Positions 19,162-30,200 of a stretch of 34,470 bases of DNA are shown here, piece by piece (position 1 is the stretch's first letter; each line of letters opens with the position of its first letter). This DNA is from a virus (Duplodnaviria; Heunggongvirae; Uroviricota; Caudoviricetes), in IMG/VR virus record IMGVR_UViG_2917875804_000002, positions 1 to 34,470 of that record, one strand, 5' to 3'. A program made the translations under genes and the position numbers. Below the pieces are notes generated by a model that worked only from the letters and a program-made list of their open reading frames with translations, ran no database searches and was not told the origin of the DNA.

Positions 19162-19165
19162 TCTT

Positions 19166-19183
19166 TGTATCAGCACTGATACA
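19166..19183. promoter_or_regulatory. near-palindromic TGT-N12-ACA element upstream of V (candidate late-activator site, or S terminator)
   Basis: TGTATCAGCACTGATACA; fits the TGT-N12-ACA pattern; spacing to V ATG is short so function ambiguous. Confidence 0.35.
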
Positions 19184-19229
19184 AGTTGCAGCACTGCCGC
19201 CTTTCTTCCCCTGATGGCAACCTTTCCCT

Positions 19230-19808
19230 ATGAACGCACAATTAACCGAAATCATGCGCCTTATCACCAACCTGATACGCACAGGTGTAGTCACCGAAGT
19301 GGACAGGGCAAACTGGCTGTGTCGGGTGAAAACGGGCGACCTTGAAACCAACTGGATTAACTGGCTGACACTGCGCGCGGGCAAATCGCGCACCTGGTGG
19401 AAACCGTCTGTGGGCGAGCAGGTTGTGCTGTTCAGCCTGGGTGGCAATCTGGAAACCGCGTTTGCCCTGCCTGCTGTCTACTCAAATCAGTTTCCGCCAC
19501 CTTCAGACTCTGAGGACGGCAACGTGGTTGAGTACCCGGACGGTGGCTGGTTTGAATACGAACCCGCTACCGGGCGCTGGTATGTCAGGGGCATCAAATC
19601 CATGGTCATTGAGGCTGCCGACAACATCACCCTGAAAACCAGTGAGTTTGTACTGGAGGCTGACCGCACACGCATTAACAGTGAAGTGGTGATCAATGGT
19701 GGAGTTACCCAGGGCGGCGGAGCGATGAGTTCTAACGGGATCGTGGTTGATGCGCATCAGCATACTGGCGTCCTGAAAGGCGGCGATACAACCGGAGGCC
19801 CGGTATGA
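19230..19808 (+). CDS. V: baseplate spike/assembly protein V
   Basis: 192-aa ORF at head of baseplate operon. Confidence 0.85.
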   Translation: MNAQLTEIMRLITNLIRTGVVTEVDRANWLCRVKTGDLETNWINWLTLRAGKSRTWWKPSVGEQVVLFSLGGNLETAFALPAVYSNQFPPPSDSEDGNVVEYPDGGWFEYEPATGRWYVRGIKSMVIEAADNITLKTSEFVLEADRTRINSEVVINGGVTQGGGAMSSNGIVVDAHQHTGVLKGGDTTGGPV

Positions 19809-20164
19809 CGCTTTATATTGGGATGAACAATACCAGCGGTAAAGCCATTACTGATATTGACCATCTGCGCCAGTCAGTGCGGGACATTCTGCTGACGCCG
19901 CAGGGTAGCCGCATTGCCCGCCGGGAATATGGTTCCCTGCTGTCGGCACTGATAGACCAGCCACAAAATCCGGCGTTACGCCTGCAGGTCATGTCGGCAG
20001 TGTATGTGGCGCTGAGTCGCTGGGAGCCACGGCTGACGCTGGATTCCATCACCATAAACAGTAATTTTGACGGTTCAATGGTGGTGGAGCTGACCGGGCG
20101 GCGTAATAGCGGTGTGCCTGTTTCCCTTTCCGTATCAACAGGAGCAGAGAATGGCAGTGATTGA
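19805..20164 (+). CDS. W: baseplate protein W (gp25-like)
   Basis: 119 aa, overlaps V stop. Confidence 0.85.
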   Translation: MTLYIGMNNTSGKAITDIDHLRQSVRDILLTPQGSRIARREYGSLLSALIDQPQNPALRLQVMSAVYVALSRWEPRLTLDSITINSNFDGSMVVELTGRRNSGVPVSLSVSTGAENGSD

Positions 20165-21059
20165 CCTTTCGCAGTTACCTGCGCCGCAAATTGTGGATGT
20201 GCCGGACTTTGAGACGCTGCTTGCCGAACGCAAGGCAGAATTTGTGGCGCTTCATCCGAAAGATGAGCAGGAAGCAGTGATGCGTACGCTGGAACTGGAA
20301 TCTGAACCCGTTACCAAATTGTTGCAGGAGAACGCTTACCGTGAGTTGCTTCTGCGCCAGCGCATTAACGAAGCCGCGCAGGCGGTGATGGTGGCTTATG
20401 CCATAGGGAGCGATCTGGACCAGCTCGCTGCCAATTACAACGTGAAACGCCTGACGGTGACGCCTGCTGATAATGACGCTGCACCGCCCGTTGCGGCTGT
20501 GATGGAAAGCGATGAAGCGTTACGCCTGCGTGTGCCTGCAGCCTTTGAGGGGCTTTCAGTTGCGGGGCCAACCGCAGCTTATGAATTTCATGCCCGAAGC
20601 GCCGACGGTCGGGTGGCGGATGCCAGTGCAACCAGTCCGGCACCTGCAGAGGTGGTGCTGACTGTTCTTAGCCGCGAAGGCGATGGAACAGCAGAAAAAG
20701 ACTTGCTGGATGTGGTGGAGAAAGCCCTGAACAGTGAGAACGTCCGCCCGGTGGCTGACCGTCTGACGGTTCGCAGCGCAGAAATCATCCCGTACCGCGT
20801 GGAAGCCACCATTTTTCTCTATCCGGGACCGGAAGCAGAGCCGGTAATGGCAGCGGCAAAAGCCAGTCTGCAGAAGTACATCGCCAGTCAGACGCGTCTT
20901 GGCCGGGATATTCGCCGTAGCGCCATCTTTGCCGCCCTGCATGTTGAGGGTGTGCAGCGTGTGGAGCTGGCTTCGCCGCTGGCGGATGTGGTCCTGAACA
21001 AAACACAGGCGGCATCATGTACGCAGTGGAGCGTAACCAACGGAGGAACGGATGAATAG
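20151..21059 (+). CDS. J: baseplate protein J
   Basis: ATG 20151 with GGAG RBS; about 302 aa. Confidence 0.85.
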   Translation: MAVIDLSQLPAPQIVDVPDFETLLAERKAEFVALHPKDEQEAVMRTLELESEPVTKLLQENAYRELLLRQRINEAAQAVMVAYAIGSDLDQLAANYNVKRLTVTPADNDAAPPVAAVMESDEALRLRVPAAFEGLSVAGPTAAYEFHARSADGRVADASATSPAPAEVVLTVLSREGDGTAEKDLLDVVEKALNSENVRPVADRLTVRSAEIIPYRVEATIFLYPGPEAEPVMAAAKASLQKYIASQTRLGRDIRRSAIFAALHVEGVQRVELASPLADVVLNKTQAASCTQWSVTNGGTDE

Positions 21060-21657
21060 TCTGCTGCCACCGGGTTCAACTTCACTGGAGCGCCGACTGG
21101 CGCAAACCTGCAGCGGGATTTCTGATTTGCAGGTGCCGCTGCGTGACTTGTGGAATCCAACGACCTGTCCGATCAGTTTCCTGCCTTATCTCGCCTGGGC
21201 GTTCTCTGTGGATCGCTGGGACGAGGGCTGGACAGAAAGCGTCAAGCGCCAGGTAGTGAAGGATGCTTTTTATATTCATCAGCATAAAGGAACCACCAGT
21301 GCCGTGCGGCGGGTGGTGGAGCCGTTCGGCTTCCTGATCCGCATTATTGAGTGGTGGCAGACCGGAGAGACACCGGGCACGTTTCGCCTGGACATCGGCG
21401 TGCAGGATCAGGGCATCACTGAAGATACCTATTTAGAACTTGAGCGGCTAATAAGCGATGCCAAACCATGTAGCCGTCACATGATCGGCATGTCCATCAA
21501 TCTGCAGACCAGCGGTCCGCATTGGGTGGGGGCCGCCAGCTATCTTGGCGAAGAAATCACGATCTATCCGTATATCAACGAAACAATTATTTCTGGCGGC
21601 ACCGCGCATGAAGGCGGGGCGGTCCATGTTATTGACATAATGAGAGTGAATCCATGA
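21052..21657 (+). CDS. I: baseplate/tail protein I
   Basis: 201 aa, overlapping J stop and H start. Confidence 0.85.
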   Translation: MNSLLPPGSTSLERRLAQTCSGISDLQVPLRDLWNPTTCPISFLPYLAWAFSVDRWDEGWTESVKRQVVKDAFYIHQHKGTTSAVRRVVEPFGFLIRIIEWWQTGETPGTFRLDIGVQDQGITEDTYLELERLISDAKPCSRHMIGMSINLQTSGPHWVGAASYLGEEITIYPYINETIISGGTAHEGGAVHVIDIMRVNP

Positions 21658-23080
21658 GCACAAAATTTTATACCCTGCTGACGGATATTGGCGCGGCGAA
21701 ACTTGCCAGCGCCGCCGCGCTCGGTGTGCCTTTAAAAATTACCCATATGGCGGTCGGCGATGGCGGCGGAACATTGCCAACGCCGGACGCAAAGCAGACT
21801 GCACTGGTAAATGAGAAACGCCGGGCTGCGCTGAATATGCTCTATATCGACCCGCAGAACAGCAGTCAGATTATTGCTGAACAGGTGATCCCTGAAAACG
21901 AGGGTGGTTGGTGGATACGTGAAGTGGGCCTGTTTGATGAGTCAGGGGCATTGATTGCCGTGGGAAACTGCCCGGAAAGCTATAAGCCGCAACTAGCTGA
22001 AGGCAGCGGGCGCACCCAGACCGTGCGCATGGTGCTGATTACCAGCAGTACCGATAATATCACACTGAAAATTGACCCTTCAGTGGTGCTGGCAACCCGC
22101 AAGTATGTGGATGACAAGGTGCTTGAGCTTAAGGTGTATGTGGATGACCTGATGGCAAAGCATCTTGCTGCTGCAGATCCTCATACGCAGTATGCGCCCA
22201 AAGACAGCCCAACATTGACTGGCACGCCGAAAACGCCAACAGCACCGGCGGGAACTAACACGACTCAGATTGCTAGCACGGCATTTGTGCAGGCGGTGGT
22301 CACTGCGCTAAATAACGCACTGGCGTTGAAAGCTCCACTGGCAAATCCGGCCCTGACCGGAACGCCGACGGCTCCGACTGCAGCGCAGACGGCGAACAAT
22401 ACGCAGATTGCCACCACGGCATTTGTGAAAGCGGCAGTTGCGAGATGGTCGGTTCATCGCCGGAGGCGCTGGATACGTTAAATGAATTGGCTGCTGCGCT
22501 GGGGAATGATCCTAACTTTGCGACAACAGTAATGAGTGCGCTGGCGGGAAAAATGAACAAAGCAGCTAATGGCGCTGATATTGCCGATGTTTCTGCTTTT
22601 CTAAAAAACCTTCATCTTGGGGAGGGCAGTGCGTTGCCAGTCGGTGTTCCTGTTCCGTGGCCTACTGCAATACCGCCGGAAGGTTGGTTGAAGTGTAATG
22701 GAGCATCATTCAGTTCCTCGCAATATCCGAAACTGGCGCAGGTTTATCCGTCATTAAAATTACCAGATCTACGCAGTGAGTTTATTCGCGGCTGGGACGA
22801 TGGGCGTGGCGTAGACGCTGGACGTCAGGTTCTAACGTCTCAGACTGATGCTATGCAGCCGATTATCGGCTCCATTGGCTATGGTACAAACGGTATGTTT
22901 ACTTATGCTGATGGAGCTTTTACGGGTATAGATCGTGAAAGCGGAGACGGTATTGTTACACAGGCAACAAGCATCTCACAATATAAACAGGCTCACTTAG
23001 ATTCAATTACGATAACACGAACAGCGGCAGAAACACGTCCACGGAATATTTCATTTAATTACATTGTGAGAGCAGCATAA
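21654..23080 (+). CDS. H: tail fibre protein H; frame broken by 1-nt deletion near 22440-22445
   Basis: ORFs 21654..22481 and 22445..23080; conserved N-terminal MSTKFYTLLTDIGAAKLA and AFVKAAVA...VGSSPEALDTLNELAAALGNDPNF collar motif split across frames. Confidence 0.75.
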
Positions 23081-23676
23081 TGACAGAAGCGAAACTAAAT
23101 AATGAGTTTATAGCTGTGGAATCTGGCAATATAACGGTGTTTAACTTTGATATTGAAACTCGTGAATATCTTTCTTCTAGTGTTGAATTTCTTGCTGTAG
23201 GGGTTGGGATTCCTGCTAATTCATGCATTGATATGCCGGGTAAAAGTAAAAAAGGGTTAACCATTTGCCGGACTAAGGATCTTACCGCGTGGGAATATAT
23301 TGCTGATCATCGAGGTGAGACTGTTTACAGCACCGAAACTGGCAAAAAAATAGCTGTAACAGTGCTCGGCGATTACCCAGAAAAAACTACGAAACTACCT
23401 CCTGCTACACCATACGATAAGTGGAACGGTAGTGCATGGGTGACAGATACCGAGGTGCAGCACGAGGTTGACGTGGAAACTGCTGATCAGAAGAAAGCGG
23501 AGCTTCTGGCAAAGGCTCAGCTAACAATCAATCTATGGCAGACAGAACTACAATTAGGAATTATCAGTGATGAAGATAAAGTCAGACTAATCACCTGGAT
23601 GAATTACATCAAAGCGGTGCAGTTGGTAGACACGTCAACTGCGCCAGATATAACGTGGCCGAGGAAGCCCGAGTGA
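23080..23676 (+). CDS. G: tail fibre assembly protein (gpG/Tfa-like chaperone)
   Basis: 198 aa immediately after H, start overlaps H stop. Confidence 0.75.
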   Translation: MTEAKLNNEFIAVESGNITVFNFDIETREYLSSSVEFLAVGVGIPANSCIDMPGKSKKGLTICRTKDLTAWEYIADHRGETVYSTETGKKIAVTVLGDYPEKTTKLPPATPYDKWNGSAWVTDTEVQHEVDVETADQKKAELLAKAQLTINLWQTELQLGIISDEDKVRLITWMNYIKAVQLVDTSTAPDITWPRKPE

Positions 23677-23700
23677 CTGAGAATTAAATGGTTAGTATCA

Positions 23701-23742
23701 TCCTCCCCCACACTGCCTATATGGTATGAATACGAGGGGGAG
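23701..23742. terminator. hairpin (CCTCCCCC ... GGGGGAGG) followed by T-rich tract after tail-fibre operon
   Basis: 8-bp GC-rich arms with long loop, then CTGTTTGTTGTCTGTTTCTGTG. Confidence 0.3.
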
Positions 23743-23802
23743 GCTGTTTGTTGTCTGTTTCTGTGATAATATTAGATTCTCGTTTTTTAATAAAAAATCA
23801 AT

Positions 23803-24813
23803 ATGAAAGAGAATAAAATACGTTCTGCCGATGGCGTGAGAGGTTTCGCTTTGATGATTGTTGTGGTGATGCATGCTACGGGACTATTCTTTCCCTCACT
23901 TCATGATCATCTCGGAGGTACGGGGCAGCCCGGTGTTTGGTTGTTTTTTGTTCTTAGCGCCTTTTTGTTGACACATAAATTTATTAATTCTGGTTTTTCG
24001 TTTTTGAATGTGTTGAGTTATCTTTTAGGGCGAACAATAAGGATATTACCGATTTTTTATATTGCAGTATTAATTTATTACCTTATGGGATTTTATGATT
24101 TAGAGAAAATGAAATCGATAATTTCATTTGATAGTACTTACATCCATTTCTGGACTATTCCGATAGAATTCAAGTTTTACTTTTTGTTGCCGATTGTGGT
24201 TTATCTCGCATCTAGTATCCAGAAAGTTGCAGGTAGAAAATATTCTTTGTTGTTTTTGATATTGTTAACCTTAGCGTTCGCTTTTATATACCCTTATACG
24301 GATGACGAAATCAACGGTAGGCTACCGTATTACATTCCTGTTTTTATGTATGGAATTATAATTGCGTTTATGTATAACTATTTTCAAATTAAAATATCAT
24401 CTCTCGTTAGTGATGGGGTGTCAATTGCGATTATATTAATATTTATAATGTTGACCCCTCCTTTTCAGGGGGCTAATGGTTGGCTGGGTAATAAATTTGT
24501 GGTATTAGGGCCATTTATTGCTCTCTTTGTATATTTGCAAGTAAATTCCAGTGGGTATGTAAGCGCGGTTTTATCTTCAAAAATCATGGCGGATTTGGGG
24601 AAATATAGTTTTTCAATTTATTTGTTTCATATAATGATAATTTTTATTGTTTATCCTAAATTTTTGGATAATGTTACTGCATACTTAGTTACTATAGCTT
24701 TATGTATTGGCGGTGGGGCTATTGCCTATCATTGCATTGAATCTCCCTTGGAATCGTTCAGACATAAGCTTATGAAAAGAATAACGCAGGCTTATCAGAA
24801 TCAAAATATTTAA
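23803..24813 (+). CDS. acyltransferase family 3 integral membrane protein (OafA/Oac-like O-acetyltransferase), cargo at Z/fun-equivalent locus
   Basis: 336 aa, about 10 hydrophobic segments, N-terminal RGFALMIVVVMH (conserved His in first TM), very AT-rich, own upstream region. Confidence 0.75.
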   Translation: MKENKIRSADGVRGFALMIVVVMHATGLFFPSLHDHLGGTGQPGVWLFFVLSAFLLTHKFINSGFSFLNVLSYLLGRTIRILPIFYIAVLIYYLMGFYDLEKMKSIISFDSTYIHFWTIPIEFKFYFLLPIVVYLASSIQKVAGRKYSLLFLILLTLAFAFIYPYTDDEINGRLPYYIPVFMYGIIIAFMYNYFQIKISSLVSDGVSIAIILIFIMLTPPFQGANGWLGNKFVVLGPFIALFVYLQVNSSGYVSAVLSSKIMADLGKYSFSIYLFHIMIIFIVYPKFLDNVTAYLVTIALCIGGGAIAYHCIESPLESFRHKLMKRITQAYQNQNI

Positions 24814-24825
24814 GTAAAAGCAAAA

Positions 24826-24854
24826 AAGGCTCTCGTCAACCGACGAAGCCTTTT
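24826..24854. terminator. imperfect hairpin plus T-run downstream of acyltransferase
   Basis: AAGGCTCTCGTC-AACC-GACGAAGCC followed by TTTT. Confidence 0.35.
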
Positions 24855-24947
24855 AAAACGAGTATTAATTCCCGTCCTGTAAAGTGCCCCCTATCCCAGA
24901 ACAACGTTTTTAGTTATCAACGCCGTTCCGAAAATTTCCTGCGACGT

Positions 24948-24965
24948 TGTGTGATTAACCGTACA
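24948..24965. promoter_or_regulatory. candidate Ogr/B-type late activator site (TGT-N12-ACA) for the FI-FII-E-T-U-D operon
   Basis: TGTGTGATTAACCGTACA, 77-94 nt upstream of FI ATG. Confidence 0.45.
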
Positions 24966-25041
24966 ACGCACATCAGCTGTCTGCATGGCGTAATCAATAC
25001 AACATAGGGCGAAGCCTAAACCAATCAGGAGGTTCGCCACT

Positions 25042-26215
25042 ATGGCTCAGGATTACCACCACGGGGTGCGCGTTGTTGAAGTCAACGAAGGCACCCGATC
25101 TATTACCACGGTGAGCACCGCCATCGTGGGCATGGTCTGCACGGGCGATGATGCCGATGCAAAAAATGTTTCCTCTTAATAAACCCGTGCTGATCACTGA
25201 TGTACTGACCGCCAGCGGTAAAGCGGGTGAGTCCGGCACGCTGGCCCGTTCGCTGGATGCCATCGCTGACCAGGCAAAACCCGTGACCGTTGTTGTGCGT
25301 GTGCCACAGGGTGAAACGGAAGAAGAAACCACAACCAATATCATTGGCGCAGTGACCGCCGAGGGTAAAAAAACAGGCATGAAAGCCCTGTTATCTGCCC
25401 AGACACAGCTCGGCGTTAAACCGCGCATTCTCGGCGTGCCAGGTCACGATAACAAAGCCGTTGCTACTGAGTTGCTGAGTGTGGCGCAAAGCCTGCGTGG
25501 GTTTGCCTACCTGTCAGCGTATGGCTGCAAGACGGTACAGGAGGCGATCACTTACCGTGAAAATTTCAGCCAGCGCGAAGGAATGCTGATCTGGCCTGAC
25601 TTTACTGGCTGGGACACGGTGCTGAATGCCGAAGCAACGGCATATGCCACCGCCCGTGCGCTTGGTCTGCGTGCCAAAATTGATGAGCAGACCGGGTGGC
25701 ACAAAAGCCTGTCCAACGTGGGCGTGAACGGTGTCACCGGAATTTCTGCAGATGTGTTCTGGGATCTGCAGGACCCGGCAACCGATGCAGGTCTGCTGAA
25801 CCAGAACGACGTCACCACGCTTGTGCGTAAAGACGGTTTCCGCTTCTGGGGTTCTCGCTGCCTGAGTGATGACCCGCTCTTTGCCTTCGAAAACTACACC
25901 CGCACGGCGCAGGTGCTGACGGACACAATGGCAGAAGCGCACATGTGGGCAGTGGACAAACCGCTGAACCCGTCGCTGGCGCGCGACATTATCGAGGGCA
26001 TCCGCGCCAAAATGCGCAGCCTGGTCAGTCAGGGGTATCTCATTGGTGGTGATTGCTGGCTGGACGAGTCGGTGAACGACAAAGACACGCTGAAAGCCGG
26101 AAAACTCACCATCGACTATGACTACACGCCAGTGCCGCCACTTGAAAATCTGATGCTGCGTCAGCGCATCACCGATCAGTACCTGGTGAATTTTGCCAGC
26201 CAGGTCAGCGCGTAA
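25042..26215 (+). CDS. FI: tail sheath protein FI; frame broken in A6 run 25160-25165
   Basis: ATG 25042 with GGAGG RBS gives [34 protein letters not shown] then frame switches to ORF 25148..26215 ([13 protein letters not shown]...), both parts closely parallel to P2 FI. Confidence 0.85.
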
Positions 26216-26224
26216 GGGGACAAC

Positions 26225-26740
26225 ATGGCTTTACCACGCAAATTAAAACATCTGAACCTGTTTAACGACGGGAACAACTGGCAGGGGATCGTAGAGTCTC
26301 TGACGCTGCCGAAATTCACCCGCAAATATGAGAAGTATCGCGGCGGCGGAATGCCGGGTGCAGTGGATGTGGATCTGGGGCTTGATGACAGTGCTCTGGA
26401 CACAGAATTTTCCATTGGTGGTACTGAACTGCTGCTGTTTAAACAGATGGGCAAAGCCACGGTGGATGGCATCCAGTTGCGCTTTACCGGCTCTATCCAG
26501 CGTGATGATACCGGGGAAGTACAGGCCGTGGAGCTTGTGGTGCGTGGACGTCACAAAGAAGTGGACTCCGGCGAGTGGAAGACGGGCGAAAGCAACACCA
26601 CCAAAGTGACCAGTACCAACAGTTACGCGAAGCTGACTATCAATGGTGAGGTGCTCTATGAAGTGGACCTTATCAACATGGTGGAAATTGTGGACGGTGT
26701 GGACCTGATGGAAGCGCACCGCAACGCCCTCGGCCTCTGA
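26225..26740 (+). CDS. FII: tail tube protein FII
   Basis: 171-aa ORF following sheath. Confidence 0.9.
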   Translation: MALPRKLKHLNLFNDGNNWQGIVESLTLPKFTRKYEKYRGGGMPGAVDVDLGLDDSALDTEFSIGGTELLLFKQMGKATVDGIQLRFTGSIQRDDTGEVQAVELVVRGRHKEVDSGEWKTGESNTTKVTSTNSYAKLTINGEVLYEVDLINMVEIVDGVDLMEAHRNALGL

Positions 26741-26751
26741 TGTATCTGAAC

Positions 26752-26769
26752 GGCGCGGAATGCCGCGCC
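26752..26769. other. GC-rich stem-loop between FII and E (GGCGCGG-AATG-CCGCGCC)
   Basis: 7-bp perfect GC stem, 4-nt loop, weak U tract; possible attenuator or RNA stability element. Confidence 0.3.
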
Positions 26770-26794
26770 AGAACCCAATTTACAGGACAGAAAA

Positions 26795-27097
26795 ATGAGT
26801 GATAAGCAGACTGAAAAGACCATTCAACTGGATACTCCCATCATGCGCGGTAAAACAGAAATTACCGAAATTGTGTTGCGTAAACCGCAGTCCGGTGCGC
26901 TGCGCGGCACACGCCTGCAGGCCATTATGGATATGGATGTGAACGCGATGATGACCGTGATCCCCCGCATCTCCAGTCCGGCACTGACTGCACAGGAAAT
27001 TGCAGAGCTGGACCCGGCAGATCTCACTGCCATGTCGGTTGAGGTTGTCACTTTTTTGTTGAAGAAGTCGGTGCTTGCCGGTTTACCGACAGCCTGA
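26795..27097 (+). CDS. E: tail assembly chaperone E
   Basis: 100-aa ORF before tape measure gene. Confidence 0.8.
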   Translation: MSDKQTEKTIQLDTPIMRGKTEITEIVLRKPQSGALRGTRLQAIMDMDVNAMMTVIPRISSPALTAQEIAELDPADLTAMSVEVVTFLLKKSVLAGLPTA

Positions 27098-27231
27098 CGG
27101 TTGACGATCTGGTGGCTGATATCGCCACCATCTTTCACTGGCCGCCATCCGTTACTGACGTTATGCCGCTGACCGAAGTGCTGGAATGGCGGTATAAAGC
27201 GATTCAGAGAAGCGGGGCCAGCCATGAGTGA
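26795..27231 (+). CDS. E+E' extended tail chaperone made by programmed -1 translational frameshift
   Basis: Slippery heptamer T_TTT_TTG in zero frame at 27052-27058; -1 frame stays open to TGA 27229-27231 overlapping the T start ATGAGTGA. Confidence 0.6.
27052..27058 (+). other. slippery sequence TTTTTTG for E/E' -1 frameshift
   Basis: X_XXY_YYZ heptamer in frame with E, about 40 nt before E stop. Confidence 0.6.
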
Positions 27232-30200
27232 CAATAACCTGCGTCTGCAGGTGATTCTGAATGCGGTTGACAAGCTCACCCGCCCATTTCGATCCGCGCA
27301 GGCCAGTTCAAGAGAACTGGCTGCTGCTGTCAAACAATCCCGCGATGCAATAAAGCAGCTTGATCAGGCCGGGAGCAGTCTGGACAGCTTCCGAAAGCTG
27401 CAGGCAGAAAATCAGAAATTAGGCGACAGGCTGAACTATGCCCGCCAGCGTGCAAATTTACTCAGTCATGAACTGGGATCAATGGGGCCGCCTTCGCAAC
27501 GTCAGGTTGTTGCTCTGGGCCGTCAACGGCTGGCTGTTCAGCGCCTGGAAGAACGCCAGAAAAAGCTGCAGCAGCAGACGGCGCTTGTGCGTGCAGAACT
27601 TTATCGTGCTGGTATTTCAGCTAATGATGGCGCCAGTGCGACGGCCCGCATTACCCGTGAAACGATGCGTTATAACAGGCAGCTTTCTGAGCAGGAAGCG
27701 AGGTTACGACGTGTCGGGGAGCAACAGCGAAAAATGCACGCCGCCCGGGGGGCTTACGCCAGGCGTCTTGAGGTAAGGGATCGTATTGCCGGGGCCGGAG
27801 CCACTACCACGACTGCAGGGCTGGCAATGGGCGCACCAGTGATGGCGGCAGTAAAAAGCTATACCAGCATGGAAGATGCCATGAAAGGTGTGGCAAAGCA
27901 GGTCAATGGTCTGCGTGACGATAATGGCAACCGCACTGCACGTTTTTATGAAATGCAGGATGCCATCAAGGCTGCCAGCGAACAGCTGCCGATGGAAAAC
28001 GGTGCGGTGGACTTCGCTGCACTGGTTGAAGGTGGGGCGCGCATGAACGTCGCAAACCCTGACGACAGCTGGGAAGACCAGAAACGTGATCTGCTGGCCT
28101 TCGCCAGCACGGCAGCAAAGGCGGCAACAGCCTTTGAGCTGCCAGCGGATGAACTGTCAGAAAGTCTGGGAAAAATCGCCCAGCTCTACAAAATCCCTAC
28201 CCGCAATATTGAACAGCTCGGTGATGCGCTGAACTATCTGGATGATAACGCCATGTCGAAAGGGGCAGACATCATTGATGTCATGCAACGCCTGGGCGGT
28301 GTGGCTGATCGTCTGGATTATCGTAAAGCGGCGGCGCTGGGTTCCACCTTCCTGACACTGGGTGCTGCGCCGGAGGTTGCAGCCAGTGCAGCAAACGCGA
28401 TGGTGCGTGAATTGTCCATTGCCACCATGCAAAGCAAGAGTTTCTTTGAAGGAATGAATCTGCTGAAACTCAATCCTGAAGTGATTGAAAAGCAGATGAC
28501 GAAGGATGCGATGGGAACTATCCAGCGCGTACTGGAGAAGGTGAATGCACTGCCGCAGGATAAACGTCTGTCTGCCATGACCATGTTGTTTGGTAAAGAG
28601 TTTGGCGATGACGCGGCGAAACTGGCAAACAACCTGCCGGAACTGCAGCGCCAGCTAAAACTGACAGCGGGCAATGATGCGCTCGGCTCCATGCAGAAAG
28701 AATCTGACATTAACAAGGACTCACTTTCTGCGCAGTGGTTGCTGGTCAAAACCGGAGCGCAGAACACCTTCAGCAGCCTGGGCGAAACGCTGCGCCAGCC
28801 GCTGATGGATATTCTGTACACGGTGAAAAGCGTCACGGGGGCGTTGCGCCGCTGGGTGGAAGCTAACCCGGAACTGACGGGCACACTGATGAAAGTAGCG
28901 GCTGTTGTGGCTGCGGTTACCGTAGGCCTCGGCACCTTAGCGGTGGCGCTGGCTGCAGTGCTGGGGCCGCTGGCAGTGATCCGTCTGGGATTCTCTGTGC
29001 TGGGTATCAAAACGTTACCTTCCGTTACGGCAGCAGTAACCCGAACCAGCAGCGCGTTGTCCTGGCTGGCTGGCGCACCACTGGCACTGCTGCGACGCGG
29101 GCTTGCTTCATCGGGCAACGCAGCGGGTTTACTTACTGCGCCGTTGTCGTCTTTGCGTCGCACGGCATCACTGACGGGGAATGTCCTGAAAACTGTAGCA
29201 GGTGCGCCGGTTGCACTTTTGCGGTCTGGATTATCCGGTTTACGTGCTGTTGCTGTGATGTTTATGAATCCACTGGCAGCACTACGCGGTGGGCTGGCTG
29301 CCGCAGGCGCGGTGCTGCGTGTGCTCGCATCCGGCCCGCTGGCGATGTTGCGCATTGCCCTGTATGCCGTATCTGGTCTGTTAGGTGCTCTGCTCAGTCC
29401 GATAGGTCTTGTGGTTACTGCACTGGCGGGCGTGGCGCTGGTTGTCTGGAAATACTGGCAACCCATCACCGCATTTCTCGGTGGCGTGGTGGAAGGATTC
29501 AAAGCGGCGGCAGGTCCCATCAGTGAAGCATTCGAACCACTTAAGCCTGTGTTTCAGTGGATTGGCGACAAAGTGCAGGCGTTGTGGGGCTGGTTTACTG
29601 ATCTGCTGACGCCCGTTAAGTCGACCTCTGCCGAACTGCAGAGCGCAGCGGCAATGGGGCGACGATTCGGGGAGGCACTGGCGGAAGGGCTGAATATGGT
29701 CATGCATCCGCTGGACTCCCTGAAATCCGGCGTTTCCTGGTTGCTGGAGAAACTCGGCATTGTCAGTAAAGAGGCCGCAAAGGCAAAACTACCGGAAAGC
29801 GTGACGCGTCAGCAACCTGCGACGGTGAATGCAGACGGTAAAGTGATGATGCCATCGGGTGATTTTCCGTCATGGGGATATGGCTTTGCGGGTATGTATG
29901 ACAGCGGCGGCTATATCCCGCGTGGGCAGTTTGGCATCGTCGGTGAAAACGGGCCGGAAATTGTTAACGGCCCGGCAAACGTGACCAGCCGGAGAAATAC
30001 AGCTGCACTGGCTGCCGTTGTCGCCGGAATGATGGGTGTTGCTGCCGCGCCAGCAGAGCTTCCACCGTTGCATCCTTTGGCGCTTCCCGCGAAAGGCGGT
30101 GAAGCGATGGTGAGTCGTGCAGCTACTGTGCCGCCCATTTACCGGATTGAAGCACCGACGCAGATCATCATCCAGACACAGCCAGGACAAAGTGCGCAGG

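Noticed and set aside
28318-29520. 400-aa minus-strand ORF inside tape measure gene T
   Set aside because: Ala/Ser/Pro/Thr/Arg-rich antisense translation of a GC-rich repetitive gene; no RBS.
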